Shown here one piece after another: positions 1 through 7,416 of a stretch of 44,641 bases of DNA. Location: IMG/VR virus record IMGVR_UViG_3300017651_000190, positions 1 to 44,641 of that record; one strand, given 5' to 3'. Position numbers and translations under genes: made by a program. Under the pieces are notes generated by a model. It searched no databases. It was not told the origin of the DNA and worked only from the letters and a program-made list of their open reading frames with translations. This DNA comes from a virus (lineage: Duplodnaviria; Caudoviricetes). Within the stretch, counting starts at the first letter, position 1. The number at the start of each line of letters is the position of its first letter.

Positions 1-327
1 TCACGGCTTCTGGTCCTTCCAGATCACGCGCCGCACGTAAACGATCCGGTCAATCCGACGAATGACGGCGCGCTGAACCTCAGCGGCCGACGGCGAGCCG
101 AGGTCGAACTCGATCATGTTCGTCTGCCCGCAGCCCGTGCAGCGCCAGTTGTTCTGGTGAACGACGTCGTCCCACTCGATGTCGCCGAAAGCCGTCCTCA
201 GCTCCGTGACAAGGAAATAGCGCTCCGCCTTGCAATAGCGGCAGCGCAGCTTGGCATACTGGTTGTTCTTCGCCGCGTCGGAAAGGCGATAGCTGCCCTT
301 CTTCTTCGGCCAGTAGGGTTCCGGCAT
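1..327 (-). CDS. SOS-regulated small Zn-ribbon protein (108 aa), function unknown
   Basis: CRYC...CTGC Cys pairs; ATG directly downstream of a LexA box and promoter. Confidence 0.75.
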   Translation of the reverse strand: MPEPYWPKKKGSYRLSDAAKNNQYAKLRCRYCKAERYFLVTELRTAFGDIEWDDVVHQNNWRCTGCGQTNMIEFDLGSPSAAEVQRAVIRRIDRIVYVRRVIWKDQKP

Positions 328-329
328 GA

Positions 330-344
330 GAACGAATTAGGAAC
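330..344. promoter_or_regulatory. Alphaproteobacterial LexA (SOS) box
   Basis: GAAC-gaattag-GAAC, a perfect GAAC-N7-GAAC (GTTC-N7-GTTC on the - strand). Confidence 0.85.
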
Positions 345-363
345 AAATGCTTGACGGATCAAG
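335..363 (-). promoter_or_regulatory. Sigma70-type promoter for the 108-aa gene (probably leaderless mRNA)
   Basis: CTTGAT-N17-CTAATT on the - strand resembles the rhizobial CTTGAC-N17-CTATAT consensus; ATG 7 nt after the -10; no RBS. Confidence 0.65.
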
Positions 364-414
364 CTGCGCGGTGCTTACCTGCCGGCATCTGAAGCGAGAA
401 CGGGATACACCGAC

Positions 415-720
415 ATGAGTACCGAGCCACAGTTGGCAGCGGACGGCGGAGCCATGCCAGAATTGGTCTGGAGGCCGGACAAGGATGGCGGCTTTCATTG
501 CTATGACGGCGAGACGGCCATCGGGCGCATCATGCAGATCGGCAAGGGCCATCCGGGAGCAGGCCACTGGCGCTGGTTCGCTGGATTCGTCGTCAAGCCG
601 AACGTCGGCATCACAGAGACGCGCGAAGAGGCGATGGCGGACTTGGAGGATATCTTCCGACGCTACTTCGCCCTCTGGCCGAAAGCGCGCACTATGTATC
701 CCTATCCGCCTGTTCGTTGA
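415..720 (+). CDS. Hypothetical protein (LVW...IGRI...WRW...EEA small phage domain)
   Basis: 101-aa ORF directly upstream of SRAP; CTTGAC candidate -35 at 350-355. Confidence 0.65.
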   Translation: MSTEPQLAADGGAMPELVWRPDKDGGFHCYDGETAIGRIMQIGKGHPGAGHWRWFAGFVVKPNVGITETREEAMADLEDIFRRYFALWPKARTMYPYPPVR

Positions 721-751
721 CCGGCGAGGCCGGCAGGAGCAGGATCGCCGC

Positions 752-1456
752 ATGTGCAATCTCTACAACATCACGACGAACCGGCAGGCAGTCATCGCCT
801 TCACCAAGGCGCTGCGCGACAACGGCGGCTGGAATCAGCCCTCCCTCGACGTTTACCCGAACACCCGCGCGCCGGTCGTCCGCAACGCGCCCGACGGCGT
901 GCGCGAGCTCGCGATGCTCACATGGGGCATGCCGACGCCGCCCGACCGTGTGAAGGGCAAGGCGGATCGCGGAACGACCAACATCCGCCAGCCGAACTTC
1001 AGCCATTGGCGCCAGTGGCTGGGCATCGAGAACCGCTGCATCGTGCCGGCGACGAGCTTCGCAGAGCCCAGCCCGACGCCGGGCGACAAGGACCCGTCGA
1101 CCGGCATCCAGCGCAATTTCTGGTTTGCAGTTGACGAGAGCCGGCCGCTGTTCGCCTTTGCCGGCCTGTGGACGCCGTGGCATGGCGTGCGCAAGGTGAA
1201 GGACGGACCCGGCGACTTCGAACTGTACGGCTTCTTCACCACCCGGCCTAACGGCGTCGTCGCGCCGATCCACGACAAGGCCATGCCGGTGATCCTGACC
1301 ACGGCCGAGGAGATCGAGGTCTGGATGAACGCGCCATGGGAAGAAGCGCGCGAACTGCAACGTCCCCTTCCCGACGACCAGCTTGTCATCGTATCGGCGC
1401 CCGATCCGATCGAGCCGGCGGCGGCCGAGACGCCGGCGCAAGCCAGCCTGTTCTAG
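752..1456 (+). CDS. SOS response-associated peptidase (SRAP/YedK/HMCES family) abasic-site protection protein
   Basis: N-terminal MCNLY (catalytic Cys2), [28 protein letters not shown] motifs; true start ATG 752 with AGGAG upstream. Confidence 0.93.
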   Translation: MCNLYNITTNRQAVIAFTKALRDNGGWNQPSLDVYPNTRAPVVRNAPDGVRELAMLTWGMPTPPDRVKGKADRGTTNIRQPNFSHWRQWLGIENRCIVPATSFAEPSPTPGDKDPSTGIQRNFWFAVDESRPLFAFAGLWTPWHGVRKVKDGPGDFELYGFFTTRPNGVVAPIHDKAMPVILTTAEEIEVWMNAPWEEARELQRPLPDDQLVIVSAPDPIEPAAAETPAQASLF

Positions 1457-1468
1457 GAGCGGCCGGGC

Positions 1469-1717
1469 ATGAGGCAGGACAACTTTCCAGACTTTGCGGA
1501 GGACTTCCGGCGCGCCGTGGTCGTCTACACGCCCAACACCGCGCGGCGGGACGGCACGCCGATCCTCGCCCGCAACGCGGCCGGCGAGATGCATCTGATC
1601 CGCTGGCGCATCGGGGCCGATCTGGAAGAAGGCGACGAGCCCTATTGGGCCATGTATGAGACCGACGAGGAGTTCGAAATTCATCGAGTGGATTCGGTCG
1701 CCGCTATCGCTGGATGA
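1469..1717 (+). CDS. Hypothetical protein
   Basis: 82-aa ORF with AGGAG RBS, operonic after SRAP. Confidence 0.6.
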   Translation: MRQDNFPDFAEDFRRAVVVYTPNTARRDGTPILARNAAGEMHLIRWRIGADLEEGDEPYWAMYETDEEFEIHRVDSVAAIAG

Positions 1718-1735
1718 GATACTGGAAATTTACGG

Positions 1736-1933
1736 ATGAGCGATGAACCGACGCGCGGCGGCGCGATCACCGGAACCCCCAGCGGCCTGTTCGAGCACTA
1801 CTGCGAGCATGAGGGCTGCACTGCGTGGGGCTCGTATGGCTTTCAGGCGCGCAAGGCGGAGCGGGCGCGCTATTTCTGCTACGAGCATCGTGATGACGGC
1901 GAGCGCATCATTGGCCGCAGCTACACCTCTTGA
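1736..1933 (+). CDS. Small His/Cys metal-binding hypothetical protein
   Basis: HYCEHEGC...YFCYEH motif; operonic position. Confidence 0.65.
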   Translation: MSDEPTRGGAITGTPSGLFEHYCEHEGCTAWGSYGFQARKAERARYFCYEHRDDGERIIGRSYTS

Positions 1934-2157
1934 CCTCTCCCGGCCGCCAACTCACGCGCGCCTTTATTTCCGAGCTGGTCCGCGCCGCCAACGAGATCGA
2001 CAAGCTGACGCTTTTTGAGAGGACGCGGCTGTTCCAGCGCACGTTGGTGACGCTGGACGACCTGGGCGCATCGCCGGTCGATGTGATGATGTTCAGCGAG
2101 TACGGCCGGATATCGGATATCTTGAGTGACGAGGAGGCATCGGCAGCACTGAGGTGA
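1930..2157 (+). CDS. Hypothetical protein
   Basis: TTG start overlapping the upstream stop (TTGA); helical 75-aa ORF. Confidence 0.5.
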   Translation: MTSPGRQLTRAFISELVRAANEIDKLTLFERTRLFQRTLVTLDDLGASPVDVMMFSEYGRISDILSDEEASAALR

Positions 2158-2229
2158 CGCCGACATTCCGAGGAACGATTCGACAGATGTTCTGCAAAGG
2201 CGCATACTGCTGTTCTAGGAGTACCCCCC

Positions 2230-2784
2230 ATGGACAACGCTGCCGCAGTACGCCGCCTCTCTCCGGAGGTGCGGACAGCACTTGCGGTCTTTCAGGAAAC
2301 TTACAAGTCCGCTGAAGGACCTTTCGCTATCTCAGACGCTCTGGCCGCAGTTCGGCGTCTCTTTCCTGCGCTCGATGTGTCGGACAATGAACTCACCAGA
2401 GCGATTGCTGCAGAAGCGGCCGCAACGCGCCTCCATGTCTCTGGCCAAGACAATCCTACCGAGGAAACGATCGGCACGGCGACTGCCGATGATGCATCAG
2501 GAGATGTTCGCGCCGCCATCGCTGCATTTCTGCGAGAATGCCAGAAGGAAGCTGAGCCCTTCGCGGCCGCGGAGGCGCTCGGCGCCGTACGTCGCATGTT
2601 TCCAGCGCTGCGCATTTCAGATGAGGAGCTAACCGACGCCATCGCAAGAGAAGCAAACGCCGCAGGGTTCGACATCGAATATGATGCTTCGGGTTCACCG
2701 AGACAGCTTCGCATGAAAGCGCTGGAGGAATGGGACAATGAGGGCGGCGCCAGCAAACCTGCTAACGATGGGCGGCGCCAATGA
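2230..2784 (+). CDS. Hypothetical protein with an internally duplicated ~55-aa domain
   Basis: Two copies of VR.A.A.F......PFA...AL.AVRR.FPAL..SD.ELT.AIA.EA; AGGAG RBS. Confidence 0.7.
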   Translation: MDNAAAVRRLSPEVRTALAVFQETYKSAEGPFAISDALAAVRRLFPALDVSDNELTRAIAAEAAATRLHVSGQDNPTEETIGTATADDASGDVRAAIAAFLRECQKEAEPFAAAEALGAVRRMFPALRISDEELTDAIAREANAAGFDIEYDASGSPRQLRMKALEEWDNEGGASKPANDGRRQ

Positions 2785-2972
2785 GAGTGCCAGCAGCACG
2801 CTTCGCAGTTCGCATCGAGGTCGACACGACATGGACGGTCTACGATATTTTCACCGGCCAGCCGGCGAAACCCACGCGCTGGCAGTTGGTGGGCCTCACG
2901 CGAACCAAGGCGATTGAGTACCGAGACCTAATAAACGCCAAAGAATTGAAGCAGCGCGACAGACGGCACTGA
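2781..2972 (+). CDS. Hypothetical protein (WTVYDIFTG motif)
   Basis: ATGA overlap with the upstream gene. Confidence 0.6.
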   Translation: MRVPAARFAVRIEVDTTWTVYDIFTGQPAKPTRWQLVGLTRTKAIEYRDLINAKELKQRDRRH

Positions 2973-3022
2973 GGTGTTGGGCGATCTTAATGCGGCCGAG
3001 GCGCGAGGACGCCTGAAACACG

Positions 3023-3050
3023 AAAAGCCCGCCAGCCGAAGCTGACGGGC
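3023..3050 (-). terminator. Intrinsic terminator ending the late/lysis transcript
   Basis: GCCCGTCAGC-TTCG-GCTGGCGGGC followed by TTTT on the - strand, between convergent genes. Confidence 0.8.
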
Positions 3051-3116
3051 GTTGCCTGGGAGGCGGACTGGAGGAGCCGCCGCGCCGGAACATCTACAGC
3101 AAGGATGAAGGGCCGG

Positions 3117-3710
3117 TTAAGGCGCCACAGGGGCCATGAGCCGCCGCTGTTGCTCGAGCCTGTCCAGCCGTTCGCGCATATCCATCAGCACGTCGCGTGC
3201 GCCGTAGACGCTGTTCTGCGCCTGCTTCACCTCATCGATCTGACGCTGCTGGTCGAGGAACCGCTGATCGTAATTCTGCCAGACACGCTCGTGCTCAGCG
3301 CGCGGAATGAGGTTGGCCCGCATGTCGACAATGGAGCCTTCGGTCCGAAGCCGGTCCTCCTGACTGCGTGCCTGCCGCCAGTCCATTTCCTGCCGCGTCA
3401 CCATGGCGGCAGAGATCGCGGTCGTCGAAGCCTTCAGGTCGTTGGTCGCCTCACGGATCGGCCAATAGGCGAGCGCGCCGATCATCGCAGCGAAGGTCAG
3501 CGCGACGCCGAGAGCCTGCCACTGAGGCTTGGCGCGCTCCGCAAGCGTGGCGGTGAGCTGCGAGATCGATGTCTCGATTTGCCTGAAGCCCGTCCGCATC
3601 TCGTTTTCGATGTCGCTGACGCGGCGACCGAGATTGGTGACGCGCTCGCCCATCTGAGCGGTGATGGCGTCCTGATAATGGCGAGAAGCATCGTTGCCGT
3701 TCGTGGTCAT
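3117..3710 (-). CDS. Lysis-module single-TM coiled-coil membrane protein
   Basis: One hydrophobic segment (ALGVALTFAAMIGALAYW) flanked by heptad-rich regions; last gene of the lysis cassette. Confidence 0.75.
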   Translation of the reverse strand: MTTNGNDASRHYQDAITAQMGERVTNLGRRVSDIENEMRTGFRQIETSISQLTATLAERAKPQWQALGVALTFAAMIGALAYWPIREATNDLKASTTAISAAMVTRQEMDWRQARSQEDRLRTEGSIVDMRANLIPRAEHERVWQNYDQRFLDQQRQIDEVKQAQNSVYGARDVLMDMRERLDRLEQQRRLMAPVAP

Positions 3711-3744
3711 GTCTTCGCCTTCCAATGTCCCCGCCCCTGTTCTT

Positions 3745-3990
3745 TCAACTGCAATAGGTGGCGCGGGCGGCGTTCGCCGCCCTCACCTCGATCTGCGTCT
3801 GTTCGGTGTCCCGGCTCGAATAGGTCACCGGCCGCCACGCGTGCTCGCAGAGATCGGCGGCCATCGCCGCTTCGGCCTCAGTCGCGCCGGTTCGGGTCGT
3901 CAGCGTCGGGCTGCACCCGGCCAGCCAGAACGTCGTCGCGAGCGCGAGCGGCAGCACGGACGCGGCGGCCGTGAAGGACCTCGATTTCAT
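3745..3990 (-). CDS. Outer-membrane spanin lipoprotein (Rz1/o-spanin-like)
   Basis: Signal peptide with lipobox LAGC, extra Cys residues; overlaps the i-spanin out of frame. Confidence 0.75.
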   Translation of the reverse strand: MKSRSFTAAASVLPLALATTFWLAGCSPTLTTRTGATEAEAAMAADLCEHAWRPVTYSSRDTEQTQIEVRAANAARATYCS

Positions 3991-4084
3991 TGAGTACCGC
4001 CTTCTCGATATCGGCGCGCTCAGCCCGCCGCGCGATAACGGCGGCGAGCTGCAGCAGCAGGTTGAGGATGGAGAGCCAGGTCAC
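3878..4084 (-). CDS. Inner-membrane spanin (Rz/i-spanin-like)
   Basis: GTG start overlapping the holin stop; N-terminal TM followed by a charged helix; overlapped by the lipoprotein gene. Confidence 0.65.
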   Translation of the reverse strand: MTWLSILNLLLQLAAVIARRAERADIEKAVLNEIEVLHGRRVRAAARARDDVLAGRVQPDADDPNRRD

Positions 4085-4257
4085 GCGACGGGCCGCTTGC
4101 GTTCCCAGAAGAACCACCAGACGAACGCGCCGAGGGCCAGCACGCCGCCGACCGCTGCCTGAAACTCGGCGCCCTGCGCAACGGCATCGCCGAACGCCCA
4201 GCCGCCAAGGGTATAGAGCAGGATGCGCAGCACCTGCTGGATGGTATCCCAGTTCAT
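4081..4257 (-). CDS. Putative holin (58 aa, 2 TM)
   Basis: MNWDTIQQVLRILLY...; two hydrophobic segments, basic C-tail RKR; GAAAGGAAAG RBS; between endolysin and spanins. Confidence 0.7.
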   Translation of the reverse strand: MNWDTIQQVLRILLYTLGGWAFGDAVAQGAEFQAAVGGVLALGAFVWWFFWERKRPVA

Positions 4258-4303
4258 GGTCTTTCCTTTCGTGGGGTTTGCCCGGCGACCGGCCGGGCGC
4301 GGA

Positions 4304-5026
4304 TCAGACGACGGCGCCGAGCGGATCGCGGCGCACGTCGAAGGAGGGGCAGGCCTTGGCGGCATACTGGTTGTGACCAGTGATTTTCTTCACGCCGCGG
4401 TGCTTGGCCGTGAGCTGCTGCGTGAGCCACAAAAGCGAGGAACGCTGTGCCGGCGTCCGCGTGTCCTTGGCGGTCTTGCCGTCGGCCGAGACACCGCCGA
4501 TATAGACGACGCCGATCGTGCCGGTGTTGTGCCCGGCGACATGGCTGCCGATCTGGCCCACCGGCCGGCCGAGAAGGACGCGGCCGTCCCGATACACGAC
4601 ATAGTGGTAGCCGATGTCCGACCAGCCGCGCGCCTTGTGCCAGGCGCGGATATCGGCGACGGTGAAGTCCTTCCCCTCCGGTGTCGCCGCGCAGTGAACG
4701 ATGATCTCAGATATCGGCCGCGCCGTAGCGAGCAGCTTCAAAGCGTCGGCGTTCGGCGGCGCCACCGGCCGCCCGGAAGTGTCTTCAGTCGGCACAGGCT
4801 GCGCCATGGCCGACTTGTCCGGCTCGGCCCTTGCTGCCTTGGGCGGCGTCACGGCCTGCGTCAGGGCCACGCGCGTCTGTGGGCCAACGATCCCGTCAAT
4901 GACAAGCCCGTAGGCCTTCTGAAAGGCTTTGACAGCAGCAGCGGTCTTCGGCCCGTTCTTGCCATCCAGCGGGCCGGGGTTGAAGCCGAGCGACGATAGC
5001 CGCCGCTGGAGTTCCAGCACGGTCAT
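4304..5026 (-). CDS. Modular endolysin: PG-binding domain plus N-acetylmuramoyl-L-alanine amidase (T7 lysozyme-like)
   Basis: LQRRL..LGF.PG..DG..GPKT..AV..FQ PG_binding_1 motif; IIVHCAAT, DIGYHY, GHN, KACPSF amidase motifs. Confidence 0.95.
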   Translation of the reverse strand: MTVLELQRRLSSLGFNPGPLDGKNGPKTAAAVKAFQKAYGLVIDGIVGPQTRVALTQAVTPPKAARAEPDKSAMAQPVPTEDTSGRPVAPPNADALKLLATARPISEIIVHCAATPEGKDFTVADIRAWHKARGWSDIGYHYVVYRDGRVLLGRPVGQIGSHVAGHNTGTIGVVYIGGVSADGKTAKDTRTPAQRSSLLWLTQQLTAKHRGVKKITGHNQYAAKACPSFDVRRDPLGAVV

Positions 5027-5109
5027 GGGGATTCTCCCTGCATGTTGTTGATGCTTGCGTGTGAAGAGATCGACGCCCTAAGCTCTGAAGGGCTGGATTG
5101 GGGCCGACT

Positions 5110-5745
5110 ATGGAATGGTTGAACTGCTTTTCACTCGTCTACGAATGCGTGCTGACGGACGAGGCCCGAAACGTGAGGGCACAGGAATGGATTGCTGCCG
5201 CGACATCGCTGGCCGCATTCTGCTCGGCAGCGTCGCTTGTGTTGCTCACGTTCACGGTGATTTTCACAAGAAGCGCCGCGAAGGATGCAAGGGATACTGT
5301 AAAGCTCACGCAGGAAAGCAATGATGCACTGGAGCGGCAGATCTATCCCTATCTTGGCGTCAGCAGAGCCTACTTCAGGGATGACGGAAAATGCTTCATC
5401 CACATCAAGAACTTCGGGTCAACGCCCGCCCTTGAAGTGCTTGCAAAGACCCGTTCGTTGATCGACGGCGCGCAGGACGCGACTGTGCGCCATGAGATAG
5501 GCATCGTCGATCCAGGGCACGACATACCTGCTGTTGTAGAAGTCGATGTCGACAAGGATGCGTTCCGAGAAAAAGGCGCAAATGCCAAGCTCGAAGTGGT
5601 GATCTCCTACACGCATCGAAGCAAGAACAAGAGATGGATACGCCGTGCCGCCTACTATCATGGGCCCGGTCTCGATAAGTCTGATAGCGAGAAAGAACTC
5701 TTCCTCTTTCCAGCCAGCGCGAGGGAAGATGAGATTGAAGACTAG
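5110..5745 (+). CDS. Moron: membrane-anchored hypothetical protein
   Basis: Opposite strand within the late region, lower GC, N-terminal TM then a soluble domain (KNFGSTPA); start uncertain (TTG 5098 or ATG 5110). Confidence 0.7.
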   Translation: MEWLNCFSLVYECVLTDEARNVRAQEWIAAATSLAAFCSAASLVLLTFTVIFTRSAAKDARDTVKLTQESNDALERQIYPYLGVSRAYFRDDGKCFIHIKNFGSTPALEVLAKTRSLIDGAQDATVRHEIGIVDPGHDIPAVVEVDVDKDAFREKGANAKLEVVISYTHRSKNKRWIRRAAYYHGPGLDKSDSEKELFLFPASAREDEIED

Positions 5746-6233
5746 GCCGGCCACGCAAACGCCGGCAGCGCGGCAAGCACCGCCTCGATCGTCGGCGGGC
5801 TCGCCGGGTTCACGGCCGCCAGCATGGCGGTGGCGGCGGTCCACACGGCCGAGCGCCAGTTGAACAGCGCCAGCGCCTCGGCCGCGAAGGCCGGGTTTGG
5901 ATCGTCGCGATAGGTAATGGCGGTCTGGATGCCGTCGTAGCCGCGTTCGCGGGCCTTCGCGTCGAGATGCTGCTGGATCGCCGCGGAGTAGCTCCCCTGC
6001 AGGTCGGCCGGCGACACGTAGCCGGGCGCCAGCGCCGGCAGCATGTCGGCATAGGCGTCCAGTGCGGCCCCCTCCGTCTGCACCTCGTCGCGCAGGGCAA
6101 GCAACGCAACCTGCTGCTCCACCATGGCGGTGGTAGTCTCACCCTCGTCGTTCGTGATGACGCCGGGCACCATCCGGTAGATGAGCCACTGGTTGAACGC
6201 GGTCTCTTCGGTGCGTCGTGCGCGATTTGCCAT
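5742..6233 (-). CDS. Tail fibre assembly/chaperone-like protein
   Basis: IQQHLDAKARERGYDGIQTAITY...WRSAVW...LP...WP motif; follows the tail fibre gene. Confidence 0.7.
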   Translation of the reverse strand: MANRARRTEETAFNQWLIYRMVPGVITNDEGETTTAMVEQQVALLALRDEVQTEGAALDAYADMLPALAPGYVSPADLQGSYSAAIQQHLDAKARERGYDGIQTAITYRDDPNPAFAAEALALFNWRSAVWTAATAMLAAVNPASPPTIEAVLAALPAFAWPA

Positions 6234-6238
6234 GATCG

Positions 6239-7165
6239 TTATCCCAGCATGTTGAAGCAGAGCGCCGACGCGATCGTCGGCGACCCGAGACGGTTTTCGA
6301 TGTAGATGCGGCCATTGCTTCCGGCCGCGATGGTGAGGGCGCCGTCAGCACCCGTCGTTCCGCCCAGGACGCCGGTCGTCAGCGTCGGCGCTGGAGCAAT
6401 CACGCCGATCGGTGCGATCGAGTTGGCTGACGCCGCAGTGCGGGCAACATATAGACCGGATCGCGACGGGACGTTGAAGCCGACGTAGACCAGATAGCCT
6501 TCGGTGCTGGTCGATCCTGGGAAACTTACCGCCGCGTCGTCGGCGATGGCGCCGAGATTGTAGCCGACGCCGGACTTGATGAGGAAGTCGCGGCTGTTCA
6601 CCGCCTTGAAGACCTCCCGGCCGATCGCGCCGCCGCCGAGCGTCGTCAGCGCTCCGTCGATCTGGGTCGCCGCGAGAAGGGTGCGCGCATAGGCCGTCAA
6701 GGTCGACAGCGTCATCGCACCGACACCGGTGAAATAGGCGATGCGGTCGGCGACCCCCGCCAGACCAGCGAGTGCCGCGAGATTGGTCGCATCAATCGTG
6801 TCGGCGGTGCCGGCCCCGGTGAGGCGGGGGATTTTGTTACCGCCAGCGCCGTTGAGGCCGCCCAGCGCATAGTTCACGCCGGAGCCGAGCAAATTGATGA
6901 GCGCCTGCAAATCCTGCTGCGGATTGGTCAGGTAGGGCGTGAACTGGATCTCGTAGGCGGCGGCGGTTTGCACGCCGCCCGGCCACGCATATGCCAGCGT
7001 CAGGCTGGTGTTGGAGTTGACCGAGGCGATGCGTACGCCCGCGCCCTTATGGGTACCGAACAGGTCGCCGGGCCGGACAGTGTCCAGCCATGCCGTGCCA
7101 TGCCCCGTGACGGCCGTTCCGTTAGCCGCGACGGTCGCCGTGCCCTGGTTATAGAAGCTCGGCAT
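6239..7165 (-). CDS. Tail fibre / receptor-binding protein
   Basis: N-terminal Y..GT.TV...TAVTG.GTAW attachment motif; LAGLAGVADRIAYFTG fibre repeats; Gly/Ala/Thr rich. Confidence 0.8.
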   Translation of the reverse strand: MPSFYNQGTATVAANGTAVTGHGTAWLDTVRPGDLFGTHKGAGVRIASVNSNTSLTLAYAWPGGVQTAAAYEIQFTPYLTNPQQDLQALINLLGSGVNYALGGLNGAGGNKIPRLTGAGTADTIDATNLAALAGLAGVADRIAYFTGVGAMTLSTLTAYARTLLAATQIDGALTTLGGGAIGREVFKAVNSRDFLIKSGVGYNLGAIADDAAVSFPGSTSTEGYLVYVGFNVPSRSGLYVARTAASANSIAPIGVIAPAPTLTTGVLGGTTGADGALTIAAGSNGRIYIENRLGSPTIASALCFNMLG

Positions 7166-7167
7166 GG

Positions 7168-7398
7168 TCAGCCCTCACCCTCCGGCGCATCGGCCGGCTC
7201 AAGCAGTGCGCGCAGCTCGGCAATTTCGGCCCTCACGGTGTCGAGGTCGGCCTTCATCTCCGCGTTTTCCTGCGCGAGATAAAGGTTGCGGTTGCGCAGG
7301 TGCTTCGCCACCGTCTCGGCTTCGAGCACATATTCTTCGAGCGCCACACGCGCATCGACTACCTTCGCGCCGGCCGGCAGCGCGTTTGCGTCCGTCAT
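7168..7398 (-). CDS. Small coiled-coil tail-region protein
   Basis: AGGAG RBS; between the tail tip and fibre genes. Confidence 0.7.
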   Translation of the reverse strand: MTDANALPAGAKVVDARVALEEYVLEAETVAKHLRNRNLYLAQENAEMKADLDTVRAEIAELRALLEPADAPEGEG

Positions 7399-7416
7399 CG
7401 TCTTCTCCTGATATCG

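Noticed and set aside
485-751. N-terminal extension of the SRAP ORF in the track (323 aa)
   Set aside because: SRAP needs Cys2 at the N-terminus; the real start is ATG 752, and the extension overlaps ORF 415-720
2178-2192. Possible second LexA box ATTC-N7-GTTC upstream of the 2230 gene
   Set aside because: One mismatch in an 8-base motif is readily expected by chance; no supporting promoter geometry was found
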